Origin: Lingula anatina
Lineage: Eukaryota > Animalia > Brachiopoda
NCBI GenBank assembly: GCA_051362555.1
Contig: CM120644.1
Location: 22,714,534 to 22,778,533, forward strand
Reading direction: 5' to 3'
DNA length: 64,000 nt
A program made the position numbers and the translations under genes. Below, piece after piece: positions 1-13,799 of the stretch (positions are counted from its first letter, which is position 1; each line of letters starts with the position of its first letter). The notes below the pieces were generated by a model. It did no database searches, was not told the DNA's origin, and worked only from the letters and a program-made list of their open reading frames with translations.

Positions 1-173
1 TATGAAAAATATGAGAAATCACAACAGCTATAGGAGCAAAAGGTGGCGCAAATGAAAATAAAAGGCCATATGATGTGAGAGAAGCTCACATCCCCGCCAA
101 CCGAGGAGTGCTTGTGAAAAAAAAGGGAATGATAAACAACATCTGACATTATATCTGAATCCTATGTGCTACT

Positions 174-239
<66 letters not shown>

Positions 240-2700
240 GTGTATATCCCATGAAGAACTAGCTACAGCTGAATGAAGGATAGGAAGAGAAACTGGCAAC
301 CATGAATAAAATTAAGGGAGCCAAATAAGGCAGTAAAATGGTGATCCCACCCTGTAATTTTTTTTTTTTTTTTTTTTTTTTGAAACATGAAACACACATA
401 ATTATAAAAACAATACCGCTATATAACTATCCTGAAAAAGCAAGGGCTTTGGATAATTACTAAGAAACATAAGAATAAGTGACCGGTGTTCCATCAATAA
501 ACTGAAATAAAGGACCTAACATATGCGTAAAAGTTCGTCGATAATAGAAGAAGGCTTGCACTTGGCAAAGGAGAGGGCGAGATGTACCTGTCGGACTCAA
601 ACAGCTGAGATAACGAAAAATTCAAAGCAAGAACTATAGGAAACGGTTCTTTAACTGTGATATGCCAAAGTGCAACAACCGCAACCCATTCATAAAGAAT
701 CACTGACAGCCAAAGACCGCCGCATAACCTATTGACCCCGAGGCATTTGTAAACAAGTGTAAGGTATCTGACGATTGTCATGATGAAGGCAGCAGGACCG
801 ATATTCCATTAAGTGATGTGAAAAATGAAGCCACATGCCTAGGTCCGCTCTTGCTTCACTATTGAGTCGAATATAATGACGGGGGCGCCTAACACCAACA
901 GTTAAATGAATTTAGCGGCGTAAGGGCGTAAGAAAGCCCTGCCCGGCACTACGCCTAAGCATGCAAAGTTTAAAAACCATAAGAGATGTAACTCTTTCAA
1001 TTGTACCTATTCGCCTTTGAGAAAGCTAGGAAACTAAAACATAACACTTTTCCAATTTGTCCTGTGGCACACGACCTACTAGCGAATCTATTTCAACGCC
1101 GCAATTAGTTGAACAAGTGGTCGGAATTAAGTTTTTTTTTTTTTTTTTTTTTTTCTTTTTTTTTTAGCCATCAATGGGAACCTTACTCCGTTTGCATAAT
1201 GCAAGAAAATTTTGTAAATTAACTTGACAGTTTTTGGAAATGGGGGTCCAATGAAAGAGAAATCTTCCAGTATATAGGATATGGCCGAGGCATGAATTTT
1301 TTTTTTTTTTTAAACATCCATTTTAGAGCTGTACTCAGTGATTTGGCACGAACGACTTGCACCCATAGGCAGACATGTTTCAAATTAAATAATTCATTCC
1401 AAGAAAAACAAAGAAGATGATAAACCAAAAGGCTAAGAGCTGAAATGCGGAAAACATCTAGAATGTCAGACCTAGCTAAAAGAGCACCAGGGCCGAAATG
1501 TTGGACATGGGCGATAATCGTATAATATATTGAGTTGTACAGAAAATACTGTGGGTATATTAGAATTAACCGAGTCCAGGTGGGGATAAGAAAGGTCGCG
1601 AATATCACGGAATTTATAAGGTTCAGATTTAGTAATAATGTGTAATGGTGAACATTTAAAATATGGAAGAGGGAGATAAAATTGGGCCAGCAATCCGCCC
1701 AGAGGATAAACCTGATTAATATAATCCAAAATCGCTTAAGGATGAGTACGGGCTGATAAATGATTATGAAATGCGTGAATGCTAGGAGTGGTGGTGCAAT
1801 GAAGGCAGGAACCCTTGGAAATATATTGATGAGAAAATCACCTGATGAGGATCCTAACCTTAAGTACCAATTGTAACAGGGAATGGGTAATTGGAGTTGT
1901 TAGACAATGTTGTAGGCGGGGTCTGTAACTGGGCGTGGGATGTGGGACAATCGATTTTAGGATGGGATCCCAGTACTGGCAACAGTGCTAAATTAACATA
2001 GACTAAAGGTGCATTATTCCCTTTTATAAAAAGCAAAAAAAAAAAAAAAAAAAAAAAAAAAGATGCCTAGACGAAAGGGACGTAGAAAAGGGGGGGTATT
2101 CATGGTTGCCACTTTTAACGGTAACACGGGGATAACTTATCCCACGGGACCAGTAGTGTTGGTCGTAAGTTGCAAAAGGCGTCATCATAAAGACGCCAAT
2201 CATTAGCATAAGGAGCTTCTTAATGTTCTAATAGATAAGCCGTACGTAAGTAAGTTTACAGAATCATATAAATTTTTTGTTAGAAAATCGCTGAAAACAA
2301 AAACAAAAACAAAAACTTCAGTCCAAAGGTAAAGGGAAATCAGCGATTTTTACGAGGGCATGTGGATCACTTCCAATTTCATCGGCTGGACCCGTGTGTT
2401 TACAGTGTCGAGAGTCTGCTGATACTGGGTACAGGGTATCTGCTGCTGAACGTTAGTCTCTTGCAGGGAGGAGTCGGGAGAAGGAGAAGCGCACGGCATT
2501 ACTGTGCCGGTGTGACTCGGCTTCTTTCCACCAGGAGCAGTGGATGCAGGAGCCAATCGTCGTTTGCTGGATAATGAGCGCGCATTGGAGACAACCGACA
2601 TCCTGGACCGCTTACGGTACTCCACCCGGGAGGGGTCTTGGAAGGCATGGTAACATAAAAACAAAGGAAACTAAGAAGACTGCGCAAAGGCAGTTGCATT
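1..2700 (-). mobile_element. Decayed DIRS-like (tyrosine-recombinase) retrotransposon: gag/RT/RNase H remnants
   Basis: Minus-strand fragments match DIRS RT motifs (CSPLHIITKSEPYKFRDIRDLSYPH at 1472-1729; GPGALLARSDILDVFRI...YHLLCFSWNELF at 1219-1608) and an RNase H-like KEPFPIVLAL (494-781). Many stops and frameshifts; boundaries approximate and it probably continues off the left edge. Confidence 0.7.
178..236. repeat. (TA)n microsatellite
   Basis: Directly visible TA run. Confidence 0.95.
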
Positions 2701-3043
2701 TATATATTAGACAATTCAGTAATAAAAATTTCCCGGGCCAGGTAATTCAAGTAAGTAAACGGAATAAGTAATATGAATAAAATATACACTTGTACAGAGA
2801 ACATATAAACCCGGCATAAACCCAACGAATAGCCTGGGTAGATATGGCATGAGCCATATTGATATAATAAGTGTAAAAAATTAAACATCTCCTAGTCCGC
2901 CGCCAGAGAAAATCCATGCAGGCAACAGCCTCAGCTTAGCCTTGCACGTAAAAACAGGGATATCTGGAAAACCGACTAGGCAGCGAACACATAGCTGGGT
3001 GACTCCCCAGAATAGGGACATAACAGCTCCCAAAAAATTAAAA

Positions 3044-3420
3044 CCTAGTATACCAGATACCACAAAGGGCTCTCACTACTAGGCAAGCAGTTAAAAAAAA
3101 CTGGGAATACACCCAGAACCTAGTATACCAGATACCACCAAAGGGCTCTCACTACTAGGCAAACAGTTAAAAACCTGGGATATACACCCAGAACCTAGTA
3201 TACCAGATACCACCAAAGGGCTCTCACTACTAGGCAAACAGTTAAATACCTGGGAATACACCCAGAACCTAGTATACCAGATACCACCAAAGGGCTCTCA
3301 CTACTAGGCAAACAGTTAAAAAACCTGGGAAATATACACACAGAACCTAGTATACCAGATACCACCACAGGGTTCTCACTACTAGGCAAACAGTTAAAAA
3401 CCTGGGAAGTACACCCAGAA
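3044..3420. repeat. Tandem repeat, ~75 bp unit x5
   Basis: Unit cctagtataccagataccaccaaagggctctcactactaggcaaacagttaaaaacctgggaatacacccagaa recurs at ~3044, 3119, 3194, 3268, 3345. Confidence 0.9.
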
Positions 3421-4479
3421 CAAAGAGCATAAAAACTCCAAAAATGCATATCGCCTAGTCGACCAGAAACCCCTAATAATACTCCACCTGGTAATGCGGA
3501 CACGGAGACAATCGGAAATAGGATATGAATAGATTACGGCATGTCAATGACAGCCAGGAAATAGGAAATATGAAAACTGCAAAAACACCTGGCCCGATAG
3601 GAATATAAACATAAATAAAATAGATTCACACAAAAGAAAAAAAAAATCAAAAATAACATGATGAGTGACACCTAAACAAAATAGGTAACAACTGTAGTTG
3701 CATAACACAACAATTATAAATGTATTGATAAGAACACGTGAAAAAAAGGGGGGGGGGGGAAATGAAAACAAATACTAGCCTGTGTGTGATCCAAAACTTG
3801 AAGTCATCCCGTAAAAGGAAACAGCCGTCGCCGAAACTTGAATAACAAATACTGGTGACTGGAGAAAAGTGAATATTGTCCAAATAAAATAAAGTCACTA
3901 AGTAACAAATAACCGTCAACAGCCGTCGCTGAATCTTGAATACCAAAACTGGTGGCTGGGGAAAACTGAATAATCCGAAGAAAATAGTCACCAAGTAACA
4001 AATAGTCGTCCCCAAATCTTGAAACCACAAAAGTGATGACTGGTAACCAGTGTACAAATAACAATAAAGAAACGTTAGTAATAATACAGTGTAGCTGCTA
4101 AAACTACGGGTAAATATATCCGCAGCTAAAAAGCTGAATGACTTCTCACTGAATGCAGCTCGATGGAATTAATCTCCAAAACATCTTTCATAGAATATAC
4201 TTGTGAGTGCCTTGATACACAGCAGCTAAGACATTCCTTAACCCTGGACATCTGTTAACACCTTGTCTTGGTCAACTACTTAAGGTCAAAATGTGCAGAC
4301 ACAAGACCCAAACAAAACGTTGATGTATTACCAAAAAGTTAATAGCACCACTAAAACAAACCATTTGCTACATAAATACAATTAATTCTCTTAATTGTAG
4401 TTTTATTCGGCTCTACTTAGGCTATGAATGCAATTTTAAAAAATCAGGAAAATATTTAATTGAATTCTTCATATTTATA

Positions 4480-5014
4480 ACAAATCCAACAAAACACTTG
4501 CTTTTGTTTTCCCGTTATTATTTTTTTTTCAAAAACTGAATGAAAAGTGGGGATAATTTAATGAAAAAAATGTAATAACTTTGCATTCTTGTGCCCGTGG
4601 GATTTTGACTCCCCTTGGTTATGAACGAAAATGAATATTTTTCCTGATTTTTTTCCAATCAATATTTTAACATCGAACTTCCAAATATTTCCAATATATT
4701 ATTCATAAAGTATACTAAAAGGAAAGATGTTGTAATATCACCAAATATCACCAAATATCAAATGAATAGCTTTTAGGGGATTCACTGAGTGGTAAATTAC
4801 ATATTTTTGATTTTCTTTTAATGAAAAATTTCACCTGCAAACTAACAAATTAAAGTGTCAATATATCCTCCATTATGCATACTTCAAGATAAAAGTCTTA
4901 TACTCAAATAAAATAACAATTATTGAGTTTTGTGGGGTGGGGGTCAAAATTTATCTTGGGGAAGTCTGATTTTCATTGTGAAATTTTGACTGGGGAGTCA
5001 GATTTTCATGGTAC
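4480..5014. mobile_element. Truncated copy (right end) of Ginger1-like non-autonomous family A
   Basis: Ends in ggggagtcagattttcatggtaca, the same terminus as 38479 and 41166. Internal caaaacacttgcttttgttttccc is shared with 36611. Left boundary approximate. Confidence 0.7.
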
Positions 5015-5109
5015 ACCTGCCATGTTGTAAATAAAGCCGTATTGCTTGAAAATACAATTAACTTAAAATGGTGACAGTGTAGGGCAACGCGAGCAGCTAG
5101 CCATTTTAT

Positions 5110-8100
5110 ACCTTGAGAACCATGAAATACATTCCTTTTGAGTTGATTCCATTTAAATATAGGTCATTTATTTTATTTGAATATAAGTTATTTAAACTGT
5201 AAAACAAAATTAAATAAGTATATTTTAAATGACACTTTAATAATTTTTAATTTTTATTGAGCACTAAAATGCATACATATTACATTTTACAGGCTCTCTA
5301 CACTAGTCATAACAACTTAGCAACAAATTATACAGATCTATACAATACTTATGGAATGATTACTGGGAAGCAGCACAGAATAAAACGACTATTGCTATTG
5401 ATGGGTGTGTCGTTTTTTCAAACTTTCAGTTATATAAAGATATAATGTTCTCAAACACGATTCACTTTTTGGACTGAGCAGCCACTGAATTTTTTCATGA
5501 TCTGTTTTCTGCTCAGGAGGTATCATAAATCGAATTCTTCTGTCACTATGTTCTTCACATTTCAGTAAAAAGTGGATCTCCGTTTCAATTTCATTACAGT
5601 GGGGGCACTTGCGATTTTCAGTAGGGGTTTTAGGGGACGTATAGCGGCCACGTTCAATTTCTAATTCGTGGTCACTAATCCGCATTTTTGCAATAGTCTT
5701 CATTTCTGATGGGGTGACTTTCATTGACAGATATTTTTCAGGGGTATAGGTTTTTTTAAGTAATCTGTATGTCCTGAGTTTACTGTAGTTATCACTTTCC
5801 AGGTCTTTCCAAAATAGTTCCTCAATTTTATTGTTGATAGCATCTCTTAGGTTTTCAAAGTTATTTAGTGTTTGTGTATCAGTTTTATGGCCCAGACCCC
5901 AACACTGTATAAATGTTCTTATTGATTCAGACCAACAGGGTCCTTTTTCTTTTTGTTCCTGTTCATAAATGTTTTTGACCAATCTGTTGGAAGGTAGCTC
6001 TTTCAGTTTGGCGCTGTATCTTTGTGTCTGTTTTGCAATATCAGAATAGAGTGGAAATCTTCCAAATTCAGCTCTACAGGCATTGTTCATAGCATTTTTT
6101 CGTACACCTAGTGCCCATTTGCACATTTTTAGATGTAGTTGTTCAAAAGGAAATTTATTTAGTTTTGTAAGTGACATTTGTTTTTCCTTAAATATTTCTT
6201 CAGACCAAACTTCACACCCATATAGTAAGATGGGCTTGATGGTTTTGTCAAAAAGTTTTAAGTTGAGTGTGGGAGATGTTATCTTGTTTGAGGACAGGGC
6301 TGCTTTAAGAGCAAAAGTTGCTTTTAGAGCCTTTTTCTTTAAATTTTCAATTGCTTTTTTCATTGAACCTGTATTTGTAAAGGTTAATCCCAGATAATTG
6401 TACTCTTTTACTGATTCAATGGCTATATTATTTAATGTAAATGTTGTTGCAGAGTCTAATTTTCCTTTTTTATTAAATATCATGATCTTGGACTTTTTTC
6501 ATTTATGTTTAGTTTCCACTTTTTACAGTAAGCTTGCAGTGCCATTAGTTTATTTTGTAGACTATCTTTAGATGCCGATATTAGGACAAGGTCGTCAGCA
6601 TACAAGATGTGATTCAGTCCGTTAATTGCACCGGGCTGGTTACAAGAGAGGAAAGCCTCCTTGATGTCATCCATGTATAAATTAAAGAGAGTGGGACTAA
6701 GATTATCCCCTTGGCGGATTCCTAATCTTGATAGAAATGGGGTAGTGTAGCCTAAACCTACCGAGATGCCTAATCTGGTGTTACTATACATGCTTTTTAT
6801 GACACGGTAGAATTTCCCCCTAATCCCGAGTTTAAGCAATTTCAGTAATAGTCCCTTGTGCCATACTGAATCAAAGGCTTTTCTCATGTCAATGAAACAG
6901 GCATATAGCTTTTTGTTTTGATTTAGATACCTGTTGACTATTGATTTCAAAGTAAAGATATGATCTGTTGTTCTATAACCTGGCCTGAAGCCTGCTTGTT
7001 CTTCACTTAATTTGTTTTCATTGTTAATATGTTGGATGAGCCTGTGTGCTAAAACTGAATTAAATAATTTCCCTAAGCAACTAGTTATGCAGAGGCCTCT
7101 ATAGTTTTCAGGGTTCATATGTTCTCCTGATTTAAAAAGCGGGATTATAATTCCTAGATTCCAAGATTCAGGGATTTCAGATGTATTTAGCACCATGTTA
7201 AATAGTTTTGTGAGCACAACTGCAAAATACTGTACTCCTGCTTTCAACATTTCGTTTCTCACCTTGTCTTCCCCAGGTGATTTCCCATTTTTTAGATATT
7301 TAATGGCATTTTTAACCTCTTTCACTGTAATAGGTTTGTCAAGTACTGCTTCACCTGGTAGGCTTTCATAAGATTTAATTTCATTATCTAAGGCATGGTC
7401 ACCTTCAGGAGGGATCCCACACAAATGGTAGAAGTGGCTAAACCATCTAATAATCTAACAATCTAATAATTAATGAATTCCGTCCGTTTCAAGAAAAAAA
7501 TATTTTGCACAGCTTTTAAAACACTGATGCACTGTATAACGCAAGCTGTCAAACATTTGAGTGGTAGTCATTGTAAGTCACGCGTATAGTTTTAAGAAAA
7601 GACACGTTTTGCACAGCTAAGCATCGCTGCACTGTATATGACTAGCTTACACATATTTATGAGTGGTAGTCAAATAAGTCACGCGTATGGGGGGGGGGGG
7701 CTAGTCCAAACGATCACAAGGCAATGAAAAAGAAATGAAATGTAATGAACAGTGTGTATAAAACATTTTACTGCGGCATGACACACACTGAGTTTACAAT
7801 AAGTAAAATATTTTATTTTCAAGTTAATTATAAGTGAAAAAAGAGTAAGAAATGGGAGGTACACGAATTTAAAATCCATTGCGTGACTCCAACCAATGTC
7901 TGTTACACCGTCATATTTATTCCAAAGTAAGCTCTTTGTCCGTGTCGCTCTCCACTACACCACCAGGTCGTTGTGCACACCACCGCCGTTTTGTTATATT
8001 ATATTTACTTGCATCAAAGGTTTGCTTTATTGCAATACTATTATGCCCAGATTGTCAATATAAAGCGCTTTTACTAAATATCTACTGTTCTACAGTAGGA

Positions 8101-8270
8101 CCCTAGATTTCAGACCCTGTGCGATATACAGTTTTTCTGTATGACAGTCGGACTCTGTGTTTCGTGATAGCTGTCATGAAACGTAGGGTCCGGTTAAATG
8201 CAGGGTCCAGGGGAACCTTTATATTATACCTAATTACCATGATACAGAGTTCGAGACCCGTTATTTCAGA
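5110..8270. mobile_element. Diverged, truncated copy of Ginger1-like family B, split by a LINE insertion
   Basis: 5110-5237 and 7465-8270 align in order with 46200-47220 (e.g. atacattccttttg, gtcacgcgtata, ccactacaccaccaggtcgttgtgca). Confidence 0.7.
5246..7463 (-). mobile_element. 5'-truncated non-LTR retrotransposon (RTE-X/CR1-like LINE), RT plus C-terminal zinc-finger
   Basis: ORF 6480-7424 has KSPGED, NYRGL, QAGFR, DMRKAFDSV, GIRQGDNLSP and YADD. A frameshift leads to ORF 5395-6483 with YLGL and CPHC...HFLLKC. Candidate 8-bp TSD taataatt at 5238-5245 and 7464-7471. Clade assignment tentative. Confidence 0.9.
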
Positions 8271-8756
8271 AACCAGGTGTCCTACGGAAACCAGGTGTCC
8301 TACGAAAACCCCAATTCCGAAAACGGCATTTCCCCCCTAAAATTGGTGCTATAGTGTCATCCGTTGGACACTGTACTTAATCTCCGTCTTTAATTGGCCT
8401 TTTGGGAAGTTTGTTTTAATTTTTAGTGATTTGCCACAAGAAAACATATTTTCATCTCTATAAGTATCTTTGTCCTCAATGAATTTGCTGTCATGTTCTT
8501 TTCCTCACTTATGGTGTTTTTCTTTCGAATTTATCGTTTAGTGAATTGGGGTTTTCTCTATAACCAAGACAGCTATTCAAGTGATTCAAATGGCCTCGTA
8601 AAGCTGTGTGAAGGCATTTCAGTGCAGTACCAGGGAATTGTCTTAAACTATTTACTTTTGATTTTATCATCTTTTACGTTAAATTACCCCATATTTCAAT
8701 GGGTTATTCACTTCAAAAGATGATAACTTTCAAACAAACAATTTCCTTTTAATTAA

Positions 8757-10640
8757 ACTAGGGAGGTCAGGTTACACCGCTCACGTAGTCGAAAACGGGA
8801 AGAAATCTAACCGCGCTGTTTGTTTTCCATCATAACTTCCAAGATTTGGGTCCTATGATAAATTTAGAAAAAATATTTAAAAAGTGCATTGAATGGGCTT
8901 TCGAACAATATATGTAACAATGTATCATGTCTCTGTTGTAAGCCTCCAGCCACGAAAATGCTGCGAGAAATCGCCGGTGATTTCACTTCCTCGTTTGGTT
9001 CCCGCTATTTACGAACTTTGCTCAACATGCGCGTTTGGCGCCATTTTTCTAAAAGCTCCGTAAGGCGTCCCGGACGTTATTTCCTCATATTTGGACACAT
9101 ATTCATGAGGAGAATGAATCAAGCGTTCGAGTGAGGGGTTAGAGAAGTTTACTCAACCGAAAACAGCAACTAAAACTAGCTTGTAAAGTTTTTAATCGTG
9201 TTTTAGAGTTAGAATAACGAATTTCTGAAGGTTCTGTAACCCCTACCTAAATTTTTTAACTAATTCACGATTCAAATCAATTTTTTATTTATTATTTTTT
9301 GGTAAGATAGAGCCGTAACAGCCGTTAGAAAATCAGTGACTTTGATCTTACCGCAAACAAAATGGCGGACGCACCATGCTGTTCTGCTGATGAAAAAGCA
9401 ACTGCACTTTCAGCACCCAAAGAGGATCAAGATATCAGAATATCTAATCAGAAAATCTTTGAATTGTTCACGAAACCCAGTAATATTGATAAAACGCTTA
9501 CAATTCAAGAATATAGAGTGTTTTTTTTTTATAGAGTTTATTTTATTTTTCAAACAAAGTATGAAATTACGTACGATATTGATGGGGCTGGTGCTTTTTT
9601 CGTCTTTGAACTCGTCAGTGAACATAAAAAGGGGAATCTTAATTAAAATCATGGAGATATGCAATAACTCTAGCATGGTTTATGACAGCCGAACAAAAGG
9701 GAACAAAAGAAATATTTATTTTTTTTTTCTTAACAACAAAAAAAAAAGGAAAAATCCTAAAACTGCCATTATGTTATGGCAGTCTCTCCAAAAAATCTCG
9801 CTGGTTTTTGTATAACCTACCTGCTATGATGTCCAATATCAATTAAATTTTTTGGCAAAATTATAACTTACCAAAATCGGATATCATTTATTTTCATTGT
9901 GCATTCTGGTATTTTTTACTTAAAATCGTATATGCAATTGTCATTGTAATATTGGTTGCCATGGCAACAGTGGCAGAGTATTTGTTTACTACTTAATTTA
10001 AATTCATAAACTGAGTACCAAGAGTGTTTCCCACTTCATATTCAGTTTAAAAGTTCATGATAATGTGTAAAAAATAATTCAAACAGTTACCATATCAACA
10101 GCTATCATAATGACGATTTTCATAGCAACAGATACATTAGAAACCATAGTTTTTTATTTTAGTGATGGCACATTGATAAGCATCATTTTCATCCAAAAGT
10201 AGCCTTTGGGCAGTGATGCTGAAGCCTTAGGTTGAAAAATCAAAAAAATAATATCGATCGCTATTGATATTTAGCAATGGTTGCCATGGAAATAAGGACA
10301 AATTACAGAAAATTGTATTTTGCCAGATTCTTCTTGGCATAGTGTAACTTTCCAGAAAATTTCAAATGGATATTTCACTCCATTCAAAAGTTATGCCAAT
10401 TTTGTTTTATTGATTGGGCAATTAGGTGACACTTTTGGCTTCCACTGTTACATATGCTTGCATACAAGACATTTTCAAAATTTTGTGGCCGACTAGCATT
10501 CTTGAAAATTTAATAACTTTTGATTGGCTTGCTTGATTTTCAAAAAATAAAATGTTTTGGAAAGCTCATGAATTGCTCTATTAGATAAGATCAGATGGCT
10601 GATATTTATGTAACTATGAAAGTTGACCTGACCTCTCTAC
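8757..10640. mobile_element. Non-autonomous TTAA-flanked DNA transposon (Kolobok/Sola-like)
   Basis: TTAA at 8753-8756 and 10641-10644. Imperfect TIR tagggaggtcaggt versus reverse complement of acctgacctctcta. No recognisable transposase. Confidence 0.6.
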
Positions 10641-12299
10641 TTAAGCCCCTGACATCAGCTCTGGAGAGGGCCCTAGCCTAGTGATGCCCAGTAGGGTGTC
10701 AAGGATATGTAAAAGGAAGCGCTAACAAAGGCGATTATGTTTAACCGCAATTTAAAGGTGTGAAGTTGCATTTGAACGTCTCAATGGCTCTTCCTCGGCA
10801 ATCGAGTAATTTTACCTGAGAGATTCCTTTTCTGTTATCGGCAAAGTGATCAGATAAAACTGTCTGTCGAGAGCTTACATTTTGCTCAGAAACCCCAATT
10901 TTACTCCCATAAGCATTACAAAAATCAGAAGACTGATTTACTGTACACATACCTTTATTGCTGTTGCACTTCCCAATAAACTTGCTGTATAATGAAGTTC
11001 AAATGGTTGATTTTTTAAAGGTGTACTATAGCTCTCCTTTCTGTCTTTCTCCGACAAGACACTTTGACAATCTTTGAAGTATTAGCGTTCAGCTCACAAA
11101 ATAAATTTATTTATGCTGCAAATTTGATGAATCAAAAGACAGATGTATGGGTGACAGTATTAGTTCTAAACTGATTATCCTGGCAACTGTGGGGGAGGGC
11201 AAGTTATTAATTTTTTAAGAAGATAAATATGATAAAAAAACTGGAGCATAAATATTCTATTATCATTAGTTATCTATTATTAGTTTTAAATAAACTTGCA
11301 CGTTACTGCTAGGCCCTATGTATTATTTTGGAGACAAATGTCAATGCATAAAGGCATTATGTTGCTTTAGATATGAAAGACATCATGCAAGTTACAAACA
11401 GACTTGCAAATTAGACATATTTTATTTTTACACACATGACACGAAGACCCTATTTGCTTTTTACCTGCTAGTCTTGACTATTCTCGGGGTCTTTTTTGTG
11501 ATTTTAATTTTTTGATACATTTTGAACTCTTTCTTCCCGCTTGATCAGTGATTTTGAAATTGTTTTACTCCAAACATCGCAAAATGCAAATCCGCTAACA
11601 TGCGTTTTTATTTTTATTGTTTTAATCATGCTGTCATCCCTTGCTTGGATTTCTCTCGTTTGGCCATTCACATCACAATTTTTCGCGTGTCTCTCAAGCT
11701 CCATGATATTATATCTTGGAGAATAAAATTTTATTTTGTCAACATTAGATTTGCCTTTTGCAAACGGCGACCAACAATCATTTCCGCTTTCGTAACGTGT
11801 CGCAGATACGCTCGCCGATATATATCGCAAAAATTAGGAGCTAGGCTAAAAGTATCCTTTTTATCGTTTTTTTTTAAATCTATTTTTCTTTCATTTGTCA
11901 ATTAATTAAGACGGTTCGATTAACTCTTTCACCCATTTATTAGGTATACAGAAATCAGTCATCCGACTGAACTAATATGGCCGGTTTTCCCCAACCGCCA
12001 CGCATAGGCCCTACTCTCTTTCAACATTTTCTTTCTTTCCTCTGGAAATGGACTTTTAACACGAATTTTCTCTTCTCCATAGGGTACTAGCTAGACTTCT
12101 TCGATGCTAAGCTGATGTAAGGCTAAAAACCTATTACCGCACACGTAATCGGCTTATAACTCATTAACTGTGCTCCGACCCCCTCATGGCAACGGCCCTT
12201 AGTAACAGAGGCGTGGCTTAGTTGTCAGCCTAGTTGCCTGACTGGGGCGCGTGCCGGTTGAAAAACTCATCAAAAGACACATTTTGCGATGCAAATTCA

Positions 12300-13080
12300 T
12301 AAAAATTATTACACCCAACGATAGATACTTTTTTGATTAATAAAAACACACAAAAAACTCAAAAACATGATTTTAAGCGTAGTTAACCCTATGACCGGCC
12401 TTAATTCTGTTTTGTGGATATTGTCCCATTCATCCGAAAGAGCGTGGCGAAATTTGTCCAGATTATTTAGAAATTGGTTCACCTGTGCAATGCACAATCC
12501 AATTAATGCCACATGTGCTCAGTAGGATTAGTATCAGGGCTCAAAGACGGTTGTCCCATCCTCCGAGCCTCGAGTGTCTGCAACAAATCGCTAACCAGAC
12601 GTGAACTGTGGGCAACTGTGTTGTCACAATGAAGACAGTAGCACCCCTGATGTCACCTCTTGCAAATGGAGTGAAATTTCTGTTCAGAATATTACAATAA
12701 AATGCCCCTGTTACGTTTTGTTCCAAAAAGAGCAATGTACAAATACCAAGGGCTTGGAATGTCCCCAAATGCGGACTGATCTAACACCTCAGGCGATATT
12801 ATGCTGCACACACTCTTCCAAGATGCAGTTTTGAACATGTCTGCGGACCCTCATTTGACCATCCATGGGATACGAGAAATAACTTGATTCTGCATCAAAA
12901 CCTTCTTCCTTCCAGTGATGGATGACCAGATTGATGTGCCTGTGGGATCACTGAACGAGATATTCTCAGCTGTTATAGTATCTCACTCCATCTTCAAGAA
13001 CTGACTTTGGGGTTAACTCCAGACTTCATTATGACAGCATCCTTGCTCACAAGTGACAATGCTCTAAGAATATAGCAACC
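12300..13080 (-). pseudogene. Tc1/mariner transposase relic
   Basis: Minus-strand translation gives GGSVRIWG-like, NVTGAFYCNIL and SPDTNPTEHMW (cf. Tc1 SPDLNPIEHLW) segments; frameshifted. Confidence 0.75.
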
Positions 13081-13574
13081 AGTGTGTAACCGAAAAAAAA
13101 AAAAATAATAAGGCCAGTTAAATAGGTCAATTTAAGACCAAATAATGAAGAGGTTGCAGTTAGTTGAGTCTTAAAAGAAACTAGCAGAAGTGTTTATATG
13201 CTTTAATGGAAATCCAAGCTCGGTTCAAATGTCTCTGTGAAAGACCAAACATAAAATTAAAAAGCAACAATGGGTGACTTTTTAACGAGTTTATTATATA
13301 AGTTTTAAATCTGACAAGCACACATTTAAATTTTGCTTTAAATCTGTATTTATATGAATGGTGAGATTTAATCTTGGTTTTAACTATTGATAACCGTTTT
13401 AGTAATTTTATCCGACATAACTGTATGTCTATGTATGTCATCAATATCAAACGGCTAAGAGAACGGTTTAAGTCGGATACTGAAAACTAATTTAAGTCAG
13501 TATCCCTGAAAAAATTTGTTAAGTGTGCTTCTAGGACGTTGAAAATGTATACATTCCTATTGAAATGCCTCATA

Positions 13575-13609
<35 letters not shown>

Positions 13610-13799
13610 GAATCAAGCAAATCAAACCAAAGCTTAAGCATACTATACTACCATGCATTACAAACAAACAAGAATACGGAGCAATATATTTCAATATTTA
13701 ACAACACATTAAAACCTTCTGAAAATAACAACAACTACCGTACTAGGATTAAGAATGTGTACATTTACCCCGTGGACCATTTGAAGATTACACTGCGAT

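Noticed and set aside
3044-3420. CRISPR-like array
   Set aside because: Units are contiguous with no unique spacers, there are no cas genes and the context is eukaryotic.
9336-9815. Protein-coding genes at 9336 and 9362
   Set aside because: Low-complexity ORFs inside a TTAA-flanked element with no recognisable domain.
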